Below are positions 15,101 to 27,076 of a stretch of 64,000 nt of DNA, in pieces (positions within the stretch are counted from its first letter, which is position 1; each line of letters opens with the position of its first letter). The position numbers and the translations under genes are program-made. Under the pieces are notes generated by a model. That model made no database searches. It saw only the letters and a program-made list of their open reading frames with translations, and was not told the DNA's origin. The stretch lies in contig OZ241829.1 in the NCBI GenBank assembly GCA_965202585.1, forward strand, positions 31,062,001-31,126,000, written 5' to 3'. Origin of the DNA: Thalia democratica (taxonomy: Eukaryota).

Positions 15101-18100
15101 CACATTCGGATGCTGATTAGTTTTATTACTTTTCCCACACACACACACATCACGCCACGAACTTACACAATGAGGTGCTGTGTGAAAAACAGGCTCAACT
15201 GTTGCAAGCATCACCCGTCAAACCGAACACCTGTACAAAGGAAGCGCTGATGGTCGAAACGCAAATAGTTTTCTTACGGCCGAGCTCATTAGGAGATTAT
15301 TTGTTGTGCCGGAGCGCAGACAGGAAACGATGTTTGAATGAACTTGTTGAAGACGCATCGCGTTATCTGCAACGGCAAACAAACAAGATTTCGGCATCAA
15401 GAGGTTCATTCATCACTTCAAGTGCGCGTTTAAACGAGTAACCGAAACTGTAATAAACTTGTTTAATTAGTTTTCCGCGCCTTCACAACAACTCGTTGTT
15501 CGCGAGTGTCGGTTTTGCTTACTAGATACATGACTTACTTTGCGTTTCACAACAAAGTAATTATTCCAGCAATCAGATTACAAACAGTCATTAATCAACC
15601 ACACAAGTCAAGTTCACCGGAAATAAGATAAAACTTCAGTAGCACAGAACAGAGAATTCTTCAAATTTGTCAGCTGTAGCTCTCGTACAAGCTCAACGGT
15701 CTTAACAGTTTTTCGGCTGAAACTTTTTAACACTTTCAAATTTTTTGCACAAAACAAAAGTTTCCGCATATTTTTACGTTCAAAAAAAAAGAACAAACTA
15801 GGAACTTTTCATATTTATATATTTACTTTGAAGGTTCGTCTCAAGCTAATTGCATTCAAATATTGTGTGGTTGAATACACTTTGAAAATTGAAAGGTTAA
15901 TGAACTTGCTTCACATTCGATGTTCAAACGCTGATTATGCTCGTGAATGGAATAAAAAAAATCTTTTTGTTCAAACAAAAAGAGCAAACCCTTTTGGAGC
16001 AAGAGTAAACTTAATTAAACAATTTAAACAAGATACTTTTTAATAATAAACAAACTGAATGTTTAAATATTTTTAACTCCTAATAAAGCTTGGTAATAAA
16101 GACATAAACGAAAAGGCTCGTTGTAAACAATAAACTGGCTCTTTTTTAAGAAATGAATTGAGCAAAATACTCAACTCATTTAAAACAAGTAGTTAATAAA
16201 CTTGAGTACTTTGCAAATTGTTGATGAAAAAACTTATGGCAAATTTACCGTTGGGCCAGGGTATGTTCGTTGATACGAGTGCGGACCTGTTGCTGCCGTC
16301 CAAATTGGACATTTCGATTTTGGTGTCCTCGCCCCAGTCCGACCAGAACAGGTGGCCGTTGATCGGGTCCACTTTGATCGACCTGACGAGAAAAGTGTTT
16401 TAAATTAAATATTTAATTACTTGGACTAAAAGTGTTTGAATGAAAGTTTTTAATGTTTAAATGTTACACTGAAAATATAACTAGTTAATGCAATTAAAAA
16501 TTATAACGTAACTAGAAAGCCAAAGTTTAAATAAAACTTTCATGAAGGCTTTATTTATTTTCAAATCGTGACAAAAAGAATAAAAAAACATTATTTAGAA
16601 AGTACCGACCTGGGCTGGTTAAGTCCTTCTACGAGCAACTTCTTCCATTTACCGTCGTTTTTGCTGACGTAAATGCTGTTGCTCTCAGTGTCGGTCCAGT
16701 ACATGTTGCCGGATATCCAGTCCACCGATAATCCGTCACTCTGCTGGAACGCGCTTCGAACTACCGTCTCTCGGTCTGGGTAAAAATATGCGATTTTGTT
16801 ATTATAATTGTTACGTTTAAGTCATGACGGAAATAACGACTGCAATAATTAATGCACAGAAGCATTACATACAAACTTTGTTTTACGTTTAAATACATGT
16901 GCTTTGTTTTCTTCTTTCAAATTTACTTTCAAAAGTCAAAAAATAAAAAAATTCTTCATAATTAATTTAGGTCAAAATTCATTTTATGTTCGGGTTTTCA
17001 TTCATGAAACAAAATCTTTTTTAATGCTACAAGAAGCATAGTAAAATCTACTAACGATCTAAAACCGTTATATAACAGTGTAGTTTCTAAAAAAAATGCC
17101 AGTACTATTTCCATGTTACTAGTGGCTCAGACAAATTTACCCGTTGAAGCTGCTTAGCAACCATCATAATTGGACACGGCTCGTTAGCAACCGTGCTCGC
17201 TCGGGCGTGTCGGATCGTCACGTGACGCAAGCGAAACGCGGCTGGGAAATTCAAAAGCATCAAATTGATTTTGGAATTCGTTTTTGGACGCTCCGGGCAT
17301 TTTCGCTTGTCGGTTTAGATTTGAGCGCCGATAAAAAGTAGATTTTTTTTCGCAACGCGGCTGTTGTTTAAAGTAAACTGTTTAGGCTCAACCTTATATA
17401 AGTGCGTCGAATTAGGCGTCTTATTAGCATTTAACAAGCGCGATAAGGCGACGAAATAATTCGAATTTGAAATAGCTTGCGGGAGTTAATGAGTTTGTAG
17501 CGAGTAGATGTTATGAAAAGTTTGAAAACTTGTTTTGAAATTGCAAACAACCTAATACATCGAAGTAAACTGTAAATAAATATTCAAGGCATTTAAATAT
17601 TTCGTATAACCTAATTACCAAGTTAGTATAACCATAAAACTTCTTTGTCAAAAAAAACGTTTTGCGAATAAAGCGTTAACACTTTTTTTTTTTACTAAAA
17701 GCATTTTCTTTCCTAGCTAGTAAATATTATCTAAACATCGTAAGTACAAGTTTACGAGAAACAAACAATCTAAAAAGGCGCCATTTTCTAATGGTTTGTT
17801 TATCCATTGTACTTTTGAACCCATAAAAGTTAGACTTTGAAACGATTGAACAAACAAATTAATACATCAAATATTTTACAAGCACACTCAAAATACCAAG
17901 AGAAAGTTATAGAAAGTTATTTATAGAAAGTTAAGGAAGCAAATCGACTTAACTAGGTAAAATTTTAAACTTTGCAAACACAGTATTTCCTGATTGAAGT
18001 ACATTTGTAGATGGTGTTTAAGGGTTTAAACATTATTATCTTTGTGGTATCTCTGGTATTTTCTCAAAGGCAAAATATTTGTAGAATTGTGATAGAATAG

Positions 18101-21100
18101 TAGTAGCTAAGTTACTAATTTGTCTTCATAACCTGACAGTAATTATCGAAAAAGTTGCAAATCAAAGTACTTCTGTTTCAGTTTTTTAATCAGTTTTCGG
18201 AAAATTAACCGAACTACTTTATTTAATTTTTACATAACTTCCATTTACTTTGTTCAAAAACTTTTTTCAGATTTGTTTATAACAACTGATGATCTCATAT
18301 ACCCCAATATAGGATTAAAACATTGTTTTGTTGATAACAAACTGTGAAAATAAATAATAGATATAGAACTACTTGAATACTTGCAAAAATTTTTAGGGAT
18401 ATGTTTAAGCGCTCATATAAAATGCTAATCCTATTAATACTTAAAATGCAGCTAATATTACTGAGTAAAAAAATACTTTTTCCGAAAACTACCAGTAGTA
18501 ACTTTTATAGTAGCTAAGCAAACTTGATTTGTTTTTTTAAGCAAAATTAAAGCTTGGAAAAACTTTAGCTCCCAAAAAAAAAATTGGTTAGTAAAAGCAT
18601 ATTTCAAAGTAATTACGACTTCCAACCACTCAAATATATTTTTTCAATTTAACCTATTTATTAAAACAAACTTTTTCCGTCTACATCACTCCGCACTATT
18701 TCTCTCGTGTCGTCATCGACCCAGTAGACTTTTCCTTCCGTGACGTCATAATCGACTTTGATCGCGTTGCTTACTTCCGATTGAATTATGACGTCGGTCT
18801 GGTCTTCGGTGTCCATGGAAACCATGCGGATGTCGTTTCTCATCGCCACTATGACGACGTCTCGCGGGCCTGTGACGTAATAACAGTTCGTGTTGGTTTA
18901 AATGAATTATTAAAAAAAAATCTTTTTGCACTTTTTCAATCTGTAGTGACAAGTTTGTATATGCATTCAGTTTTTGAAATTCTCTTAATATTTTAGCTTT
19001 ACTAACTTTTTTTTAAGCTCTTACTTTTCAAAACTACACTGTTTTTTAACGATTTTTAAAACGTATTATATTAAATTTTAACGAACTTTGTAATTTTAAG
19101 CATCACAATTTTAAGAATGTTCAATACTTACAATTGACAGTTAAAAAATTTAAATTCAAATTTGTGAAATACACTTACTAAAAACCAAAAAACTTTTGAG
19201 ACTATACAAGTGGTTGAAAAGGTCAAAAAACTCGAAAACTCAAGAAAAATAATTAAATTGAGCCGAAGAAACTTTAAAAGTTTAAAGTCGGAAATTAGCA
19301 AGAAGAGAGAGGTGAGCCCCCTTCAGCGTTTCGGCGCTCGTTCGTTTGAACGGGGCTTCAACTTTTCATTATCTTCTTAACCTTTTCCTGTTTCGCGCAT
19401 CGAGCACTTTTCAGCTCGCCCCTTGAAGTTTTTGTTCGCTGAAGTCATCAAGATTGAAAATGGTTGCGAGGTGAAAGAAAATTGAAAAGTCTTCAGGCTT
19501 TACTGCCGTGCAATTTTTGTTTTAACTTTAATTATTTTGTTTTCAGATTTTGCATGATCAAGATGATCAAGAAATAAATTACTTTATAAAATAAAAAGTA
19601 ACAAACTTTCGTGGCAGGTTTTTCCGTCCGGTTTCAACCTGATGCCGGTCGGGCAGGAACACCTGAATCCCTGTTTCGATGGGGACAGCAGGCACAGGTG
19701 CGAGCACCCGCCGTTTCCATGGCGACACCCGACGTTTCCAGGCACTGAAATATGCAACTATCAGTATTAGAATGTAATACAATCAAAACATACTAAAAAC
19801 GTAAAAGTTCTTTTTTTAATTGATATTAATACTTATAGATGTTATAAAAGTGATTGAAATATTTTACTTTTAAATCTTTATACACAATATTTTCTACTTT
19901 CTTATCAAAAAATTACTTTAAAGGCTCGCCTTCCAAAGCATCTAAATTATTTTTTTAGTATAATATTTAAAAACTTAATATAGAAAAATGCATATTAGTT
20001 TCAAGGTAGTTTTTCTAAAAAACAATGCATTGTTGTTCATTTGAAGTATATAACTCAATACTAGAAAACTATTTGTCAGTTTAAAGTTTGAATTAAATAT
20101 ACTATTAGTTATTTAAGCATTCTTGTTACAAAAAATTAGCAAAAAAAATTTAAAGTAATACGAAGAATTAAAAAGAGTGATAAATAAAAAGCAATAGCTG
20201 TGCCAAAAGTTGCAGACAATTCTCGCACGGGCTGTGAGAACCTTTGCACTGCGCAAAAATAAAGCCGCTCACAAAATAGAAGAATTTTCAGCGAAACGAA
20301 CGAAAACAACGGCAAAGGAAACTTCAAAGCACCGAACGCCGCCGTGTCTTCGAAATCGACGCTCGAAAACGAGAGAATAGAAAAAACAACACGAGAGAGA
20401 TTTTAGATCAAACGAGCCGCGCTCTTTCTGAAGATCAGCCGAATGAATACTTTTCTTTATGCTCGCTTTCTTATTCTGGCTTTGTGCTTGATTTACTTGA
20501 TTTTCAAGCATTTATGTGCACTGAACAAAGCGTTTATATTTTAAACAAATACACGATTTATTTAAGATACAATAACCTATCTAAACAAATTTACTTACAC
20601 TTATATATTATAGTAATAGCGTTCTGTAAAAAACTTTTTATAATAAATTCCCAAAACATAATGTATAGACAAGAAGCCTATAATGAAGATAACACTGCTG
20701 TATATTTTATTTTATTCTTAAGAATACCATTAAAAAAATTGGTGCTTTAAATTCATTTTAAAACTAAAAACTGAAATACATAAACAATCAGTTACTTTCA
20801 TTTTATATATAAAAACATTAAAAACTTATAACCCAAACTACTCAACTACGCAAAAAAAACATTTAAGTTTTTGTACCAAACTATTTTTTCAAATGAAGTG
20901 TAACTAAATTAAATACAAAACATGTTTAGTTGAAAGAATATGTAGATTAATAGAACCAAAAAAAAACGATTTAATTAAAACTTGATAAATACATATACAA
21001 AATTATGCAAACAATCTTCAAAGACTTTGTAATTTTTTATGGTTTTATTTTCACACAGAATGAAAAATTCAAATGATAAAGTTCTTCGTACCACCCAAGT

Positions 21101-24100
21101 TGACAAAAAAAAATCTTTTGTCTTACGCTGTGAAAACCACCAGCGAAAATTTATTAAACACAACCAATCAAAACCTTGCTTTTGTCGCTCGGCAGAGTAC
21201 ACCTGCACGTCCATGGGGTCGTTCTGGGTGGTCCTGACCTTCTCCGGGTTGCCGGTGAGGTTCTTGTTGATGGCGTTGATCGAGTACGTGTTCCAGTTGG
21301 TCCAGTACAATCGGTCCTTGCTCACGCAAATGGCAAACGGGTGGCCCAGCAGCGAGTAGGTCTGATCCTTGGCGCCGTACAACTGTGACGTCATAATATT
21401 TATATTGCGAGAACATAAAAAATTCACACTGTTATTTTATTTAGAATAGTACTAAATAGAACGACTCCAAATGTTTACAACTAGTTTATACCGTGTTGTT
21501 CTTTACATTTAAAAGCAACAGTAAACCATGTAGTGTTAGTAATATTTCTGTTTTGTCATTTTAATAGCAAAAAATTATCTCCAGGAGTTAAAAACAAACA
21601 GCCTACCAAATTGTACTCGTAGGGCTCAAGTTTGTGGGGGTAGGGGTTCAAGTGGGTCCTGCCAACCCTGACGGTTCTGTTGTTCTCATCAACTGGAATG
21701 TTGGGTGAAATTTTGATGCCTAGAAGCTGTTTCACCTGCATGTCATCAATTACTTTCTCTCTGTTTGAAGCAGAATAACAGTAAACTTTTGAAAATTGTC
21801 ATTCAAATAAGCACCTCATTTTCAAACAAACACAAATTTAGTAAATTACTTTGTAGCTAAAAGGTACATCTTCAATAGAAATTGTTCCAGTACAAGAAAC
21901 TTTATTAAGAGTAAATTTTTAAAGCCTTCGAAAAAAAAAAACACACAAAAATATCTCACCTTTCAGTCCCGTCCAAGTTCATCCGGCTGATCCAGTGGTA
22001 CTGGGCATCAACCCAGTACACTTTGCCTTCGTCGTAATCTACGGTAAGTCCGTTCGGCCAGTATATGTCTTTCTTGACCAGAACTTTTCTGTTGGACCCG
22101 TCCATTCCACACCTCTCTATTTTCGGCATGTAGCCCCAGTCAGTCCAGTACAAGTACCTGGTTGATTGAAAGTTATTTAAATTTAAATTTTCAAGGTACC
22201 ATAATTCTTATTATCACATTTATACATGTTATACTTTATTTTTATTATTTATGTTAATAAACATAAAATAGCTAACTTGTTTTCGTTTGAAAACTTTAGT
22301 TTAGTTTATAAATTTCAGATCTAAGTAGTTGTTAGACTTATTTTCTAGATGTAAAAAATATAAAACTAACTTTCTAAATGGATCTACAGCTATTGCTCTT
22401 GGATAGTGAATATTTTTCCACACTAGAACTTTGCGGTAGTCACCATTTAAATTACTAACTTCAATGCGACGTGACATGCTATCAGTCCAATATAATTTTC
22501 TGCTAACCTGAATGTAAGTATTTGTAAATACCATTTTTGTTTATGCGTTGATTTGAAAAAAAACATATGGCAGGGTTGCCACTTGTCTTTTCAAAAATTT
22601 TTCCAGGTTTTTAAATGTACACATTTTGGGTCTATTTTCAGTTTAAAGTTAAGTTTAAGGTAAGAAACTGTGTTAAATAGCATTAAAACATTGAAAAGAT
22701 ACTGTATAGCTACTTTAAATATGTTTTTTAATAAAAAAGACTTTTGATGATTACAAAAACTTTTTATTTATATGATAGATTCTTTGAGTCAAATCTAAAT
22801 TTTACTACTGAACATGTGAAAGTTGTTAAAATTCCAGGTTTTTTGGTGATTTTTGTTCAAAATTCCAGGTTTTTTTCAAAATTTCTCAAATTACAGCTTT
22901 TTCCAGGTAAAGTGGCAACCCTGATATGGATAAAACGTGTTTAAATATGTACTGTAGATGTGCAAAATCAATATTGTAAATATACAACAGCAAAAACGTG
23001 AGAATAGGTTCACAAATGCAAAGAGCCTTTTTTGCAAAAGCTTTAAATGTTCAAACTTTAACTTTTATAATTAAAGACTTTTTTCCTTAAAATGTTTTCT
23101 TAGAAATAAATAGATTGCTAATTGATTTTAAATTCGACTATTTGACCAAAATAAAGTGCAAAAGTGTTGGTTTATGCAAAGGTGATGCTATTCATTACTG
23201 TCAACTAACCCAAAAACATATGTGTAAACTACTTTAGGTACATTTAGTTGTATAATTTAGATGTTTAGCAAAACTTAAAAACGTATAATCATGTATTTGA
23301 TATTTTAAAATACGTGTGAAACTTTTTAGAAATAAGCTGAACACAGTAATTTACATTATATTGCCATTTAATTTTTTATCAACGGTATTTAATAAAAATC
23401 TTGAATTAAACTCACCCAGTCAACAGCAATACCTTCAGCTTTTCCTATTTTTATGGGGAGTTCTTGTGGTTCTCTTGGTGCTTCAGAAGACATATTCACC
23501 AACATAATATTTGACTAGAAAATAAATTAAATTTTAATATGAGTTTTAAACCTGTTTAAAAACTTAACGCCTTCAGAATATCCAGGTATTTATTTTATTT
23601 TAATATTTTGTATTTAAGTTTTTATTAAAAAAAAAAAAAAAATTGTGACTACATTTTACCTTCAACTTAAAAAATAAAAAACAAAAAATATTTTAAAATT
23701 TTGTAACTTTTTCACTTTTTTCTTAATTATTAAATAAATAGCAGAAAATACTTTGTTTAACTCAATAAATAAAGATCAGAAAGCAATAATTGAATTTTGT
23801 TAATTGCTTGACTTGTTTTTATAAAAAAAAAAACTCTTTTTTTTAAACACTATATACTTTTTATAAATCTAAAGTTTTAGTCAAATAAACGCTTAAGAGG
23901 TTTACAGCTGAAACAAATAAGAACAACTTTTATTTGCAACAAAATATATTTTTATTCAAAAATTGACTATTAAAATATAATGTATTAACTATCAATAGAA
24001 AACAGTTAGTCACGAAACACATATACACATAAAAAGTAAAACTATAATATAATATAACTGCTGCACGTTACTCAACTTTACAATTTGATGTACTAATCAA

Positions 24101-24990
24101 CTTCTAAACTTTACTACTTGTTCGATTTTACATCGTACAACTAAATACCTTGTCAAGGTTAGACACCCAGAAAATTAGCTGCTCATTGAACAAGAAATCC
24201 GCTGATGCAGCTTGCTGCAATCTGGAAGCAATAGCTCTTTCTTTTCCGTTGGGATTTGCTGATAATAGAAGAACATTCTTCTGGTTGGCTAGCAATAACA
24301 CTGGGTCTTCCACTGGAAATTTTACGAAGATTATGACAATATTTTAGTTATCCTTTTTAACATTAACTTTTATTTTTTATTTTATTTTATTTAGATAAGT
24401 GGTTTTAAAAGTGCGCATTCACTGTAAATTTTAATTTAGATGAGTAACAGGTATTTCCAAAATAAACATGCAATGCATTTAAGTTTGTTTAAAAAAAAAA
24501 TTATATAGTACTAAACTAGATTTAGTTTAAAACTTTAATATATAAGTAACTAAGCCACTTTAAGATTAGTTTTAAAATTAAAGAGTTTTTCTAAGTTTTT
24601 TATTGTGCACAGAATTTTTTTTTAGTAACAACCAACACAGATTTTGAAAATTTCTAAAGCTACTGATTTAGCAAACATGTTAAACTTTATTCAATTTTTT
24701 TCTTTAGTGTTTTTTTTTTGAATATATAACATAAACAAAGCTGATCAGCAACATTAAACCACATAAAAATCTTTTTAAATAATAAAACTTTGAGATAAGT
24801 TTAGTAATACAAATCTTTAAAACGTTAAGAAAAATTTAAATTTCACCCTAACTAGTTAGTCTAGAGTAGAGAACTGTAAAACTATTTTAACTACTACAAA
24901 CTTTTTATACTGACTATATTTTAACTTACATTTTTCAAGAGAGCTTGCAAACTTTACCAATAGTAAAGATAATATTAACAAATACTTCAT
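137..24990 (-). CDS. LRP5/6: LRP5/6 (arrow-like) Wnt co-receptor, 26 coding exons from signal peptide into YWTD propeller 4; continues beyond the window start
   Basis: Manual spliced translation with GT-AG ends and consistent phases. Exons in transcript order: 24930-24990, 24149-24312, 23416-23514, 22371-22507, 21960-22157, 21607-21760, 21175-21382, 19607-19744, 18672-18869, 16610-16775, 16249-16382, 14409-14547, 13779-14010, 13219-13378, 12123-12268, 11840-11941, 11337-11461, 10256-10446, 9821-9962, 8377-8585, 7877-8067, 6662-6760, 2898-2999, 2363-2484, 1848-2000, 137-272. Motifs: [56 protein letters not shown], EGFs [56 protein letters not shown] signal peptide followed directly by propeller-EGF repeats, with no N-terminal LDLa repeats, is the LRP5/6 layout. 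Confidence 0.9.
3251..6544 (+). mobile_element. Non-autonomous hAT (Buster/Charlie-type) DNA transposon in an LRP5/6 intron
   Basis: Perfect 14-bp TIRs CAGGGTTTCCCAAA / TTTGGGAAACCCTG. Perfect 8-bp TSD ATCTAAAG (3243-3250, 6545-6552) with central TA. Clustered GGGCGA subterminal motifs. Frameshifted transposase C-terminus at about 3907-4260. Colinear with the copy at 28279-32336. Confidence 0.92.
3764..3906 (+). mobile_element. Truncated end of the CAGGGTTGCCA MITE family, nested in the hAT element
   Basis: Starts CAGGGTTGCCAATTTACC and aligns by eye over about 140 bp with the reverse complement of the right end of 22571-22923. Confidence 0.7.
21607..21760 (-). CDS. LRP5/6: Extra LRP5/6 exon encoding an insertion in propeller 1
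   Basis: CAG acceptor and GTAGGC donor. The 154 nt exon converts phase 2 to phase 0, exactly as needed between the flanking exons. Open frame [51 protein letters not shown]. Confidence 0.8.
22571..22923. mobile_element. MITE (353 bp) with 13-bp TIRs in an LRP5/6 intron
   Basis: TIRs CAGGGTTGCCACT / AGTGGCAACCCTG. Flanking direct repeat ATATGG (22565-22570, 22924-22929). Internal TTCCAGG repeats. Confidence 0.85.
24930..24990 (-). CDS. LRP5/6: First coding exon of LRP5/6 (signal peptide [20 protein letters not shown])
   Basis: ATG at 24990, hydrophobic core, GTAAGT donor at 24929. Phase 1 joins in frame (T|TG GAA GAC) to the 24312 exon. Too short for the ORF track. Confidence 0.8.
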
Positions 24991-26474
24991 TGTTTCTTTC
25001 TGTTTACATGGTTTAACTAAAACAGTTTGATTATATACCTGTTATAAATTATTTGTGGTAAACTTTCAATTGAAGTGGTCAAAACATAAAAGTTTAAAAC
25101 ATAAATAACTCGAAGAATTAAAAAAAAATTTGCTACACAAAAGGTAAAAATATTATGTGATTTTATTAGTTTTTCATGGTAATTTACACTCAAATAACTT
25201 TTATACCATAACTTAATTTTATTAGAAAGTTTAATACCTTCAACATTATTTTTTTTAAATTCAATACACTTTATTTAATGTTTTAGAAATGTTCAAAATC
25301 CCTACTTTTAAACTTTATTACTGCTGTATATTATATAACAAAGAGAGTTTTAGATTCTTAACAATATGTATTGTAAATTTAGTTCAACTTTTTTAAGGCA
25401 AAAAATGAGTTCCCAGCTTCAGTGTTGCTTGAAAACTGTTATAAAGTTAAATTTCAGAATAGCAATAGTAATCTTTTGCTTCCCACACTTGTTAGTGGTT
25501 TTCCTAAATAATTTAATGCAAAAAAAACAATACTTCAAGTTTTTAACTAAAACTTAAAACTTTTTTTAACACCAATGTACCTAAAACTTATTTAATTGAG
25601 TAAATTTAAGTTGTTAATTTTGTAAAAGATTATTTAAGACCAAAAAAGTTGTTTACTGTGCTTTTAGTAATATAAATATTTACAACTTACAGTCCTACAA
25701 AAACATGCTACCATAAACATCTTTTTACAATATTATCTATTCTAAAAGTTAAAAGTTATAATTTAATACACTTCAACAGCATACTATAATAATAATACTT
25801 TAACAATATTTATCTAATTTAACTCTTGACATGTCAATTATTTACTTAACAAAGTTTATAGTTGGTAAATAAATTAGAAACCATCAAAAAAGTTTACAGA
25901 AATTAAGACTAATTATTGTTAGATAACTATTTACTTTTCTTTTTTTTTTAGTAGCATAAAGTTTTTATTAAACTAAACATCCAATAATTTTGTGATATTT
26001 TATTGTAGTACTTTCATATACTTATAGTATTTTATTTAGTTGGTTATTGAAAATCTTTTTCATAAATGGTGATGTGTGAAAATTGTCCAATATTGTGTTG
26101 AATATTAATATTAGTATGTAAAAATAGAAATAATTAGTTCTAAAAAATATTGTAGTTTATCTAAAAATAAAATAGCTAAGTCCATCTTTCTCCAAAACTC
26201 TTGGACATAACTTAAAAATTTTAACAAATGTAAAACAGTAAGATTATATTAACAATAAACTTTTTGTGTATCATTCAAACTTATAATAATTGTTTTTTTT
26301 TTGGGTTCCATTTTATTAAGCAACTGTAAGTGTTATTGTAAGGTAAACTTAAATGATACTGGATTATATTTTGAAAAAGAAATTATAAGTGCAGTTTTAA
26401 GATAAAGTTGAATTTTTTTTTAAATCAAAAATGCAAGAGTTAGAACCAAATAAACAAGTTTCATTATGAATGTA

Positions 26475-27076
26475 CATTAGGGTGCTTATAAAAAACGCAA
26501 TCTTTGATTTTTCAACTAAAAACTTATTTATATTAGGCATAAACCAAAAAAATATTTTCTGCAAAGTTTTAGCTGATTATAAAAAAATCTTATAGTTTAC
26601 TTTTGATTTCTCAAAACAACCTCAATGTAAACTGATTGGGACCCATAAAATGAAACCTTTATCTGGCAATTGTCACATAAACATATTGTGCAGAATTGAA
26701 AACAATTTGAAGAAAGTATTACAATGGCAGTTCTTGTTTTTTTTTTGAAAAAATTTGAAATTTAAGAAAAATTACAAAAACTCAAGAAGAACCTCCATGA
26801 AACATTTTTTAAATTACATTTTAAATTTACACAACGTGTTTTTGTGATAATTACCACTACTAAAACTATTTTCAAATAAAAATTCTGAGATTGCAATTTT
26901 TGGGTCCCAGTCAGTGTACATTGGGTTTGTTTTGAGAAAACCAAAAACAGATTCTGTAATTATTTTAATAAATTAGTCTAGATTTTGCACCAGGTCTTTT
27001 TGTCATATGTGCTAGAATAAAAATAGGTTTTCCAACTGAAAACTTATAGGTAGTATTTCTTATAAGCACTCTACTG
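26475..27076. mobile_element. Tc1/mariner-pogo-like MITE (602 bp)
   Basis: TA on both flanks. Imperfect TIRs CATTAGGGTGCTTATAAAAAA vs CAGTAGAGTGCTTATAAGAAA (reverse complement of the right end), with weaker inverted similarity for about 100 bp. Confidence 0.6.

Noticed and set aside
15167-15177. 11-nt micro-exon (CAG|CACCTCATTGT|GTAAGT) in LRP5/6
   Set aside because: It would shift the frame between two phase-1 exons and has no supporting evidence.
19315-19357. Pre-miRNA
   Set aside because: The hairpin is only about 43 nt with a large asymmetric bulge, too short for a canonical precursor.
15130-20480. TCF/LEF sites (WWCAAAG) as a Wnt feedback enhancer
   Set aside because: A few matches exist, but roughly one per kb is expected by chance at this AT content and no clustering is evident.
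21607-21760. Self-inhibitory NxI (DKK/sclerostin-like) motif in the LRP5/6 insertion
   Set aside because: The sequence has PNIP and NNRT; no Asn-x-Ile motif is present.
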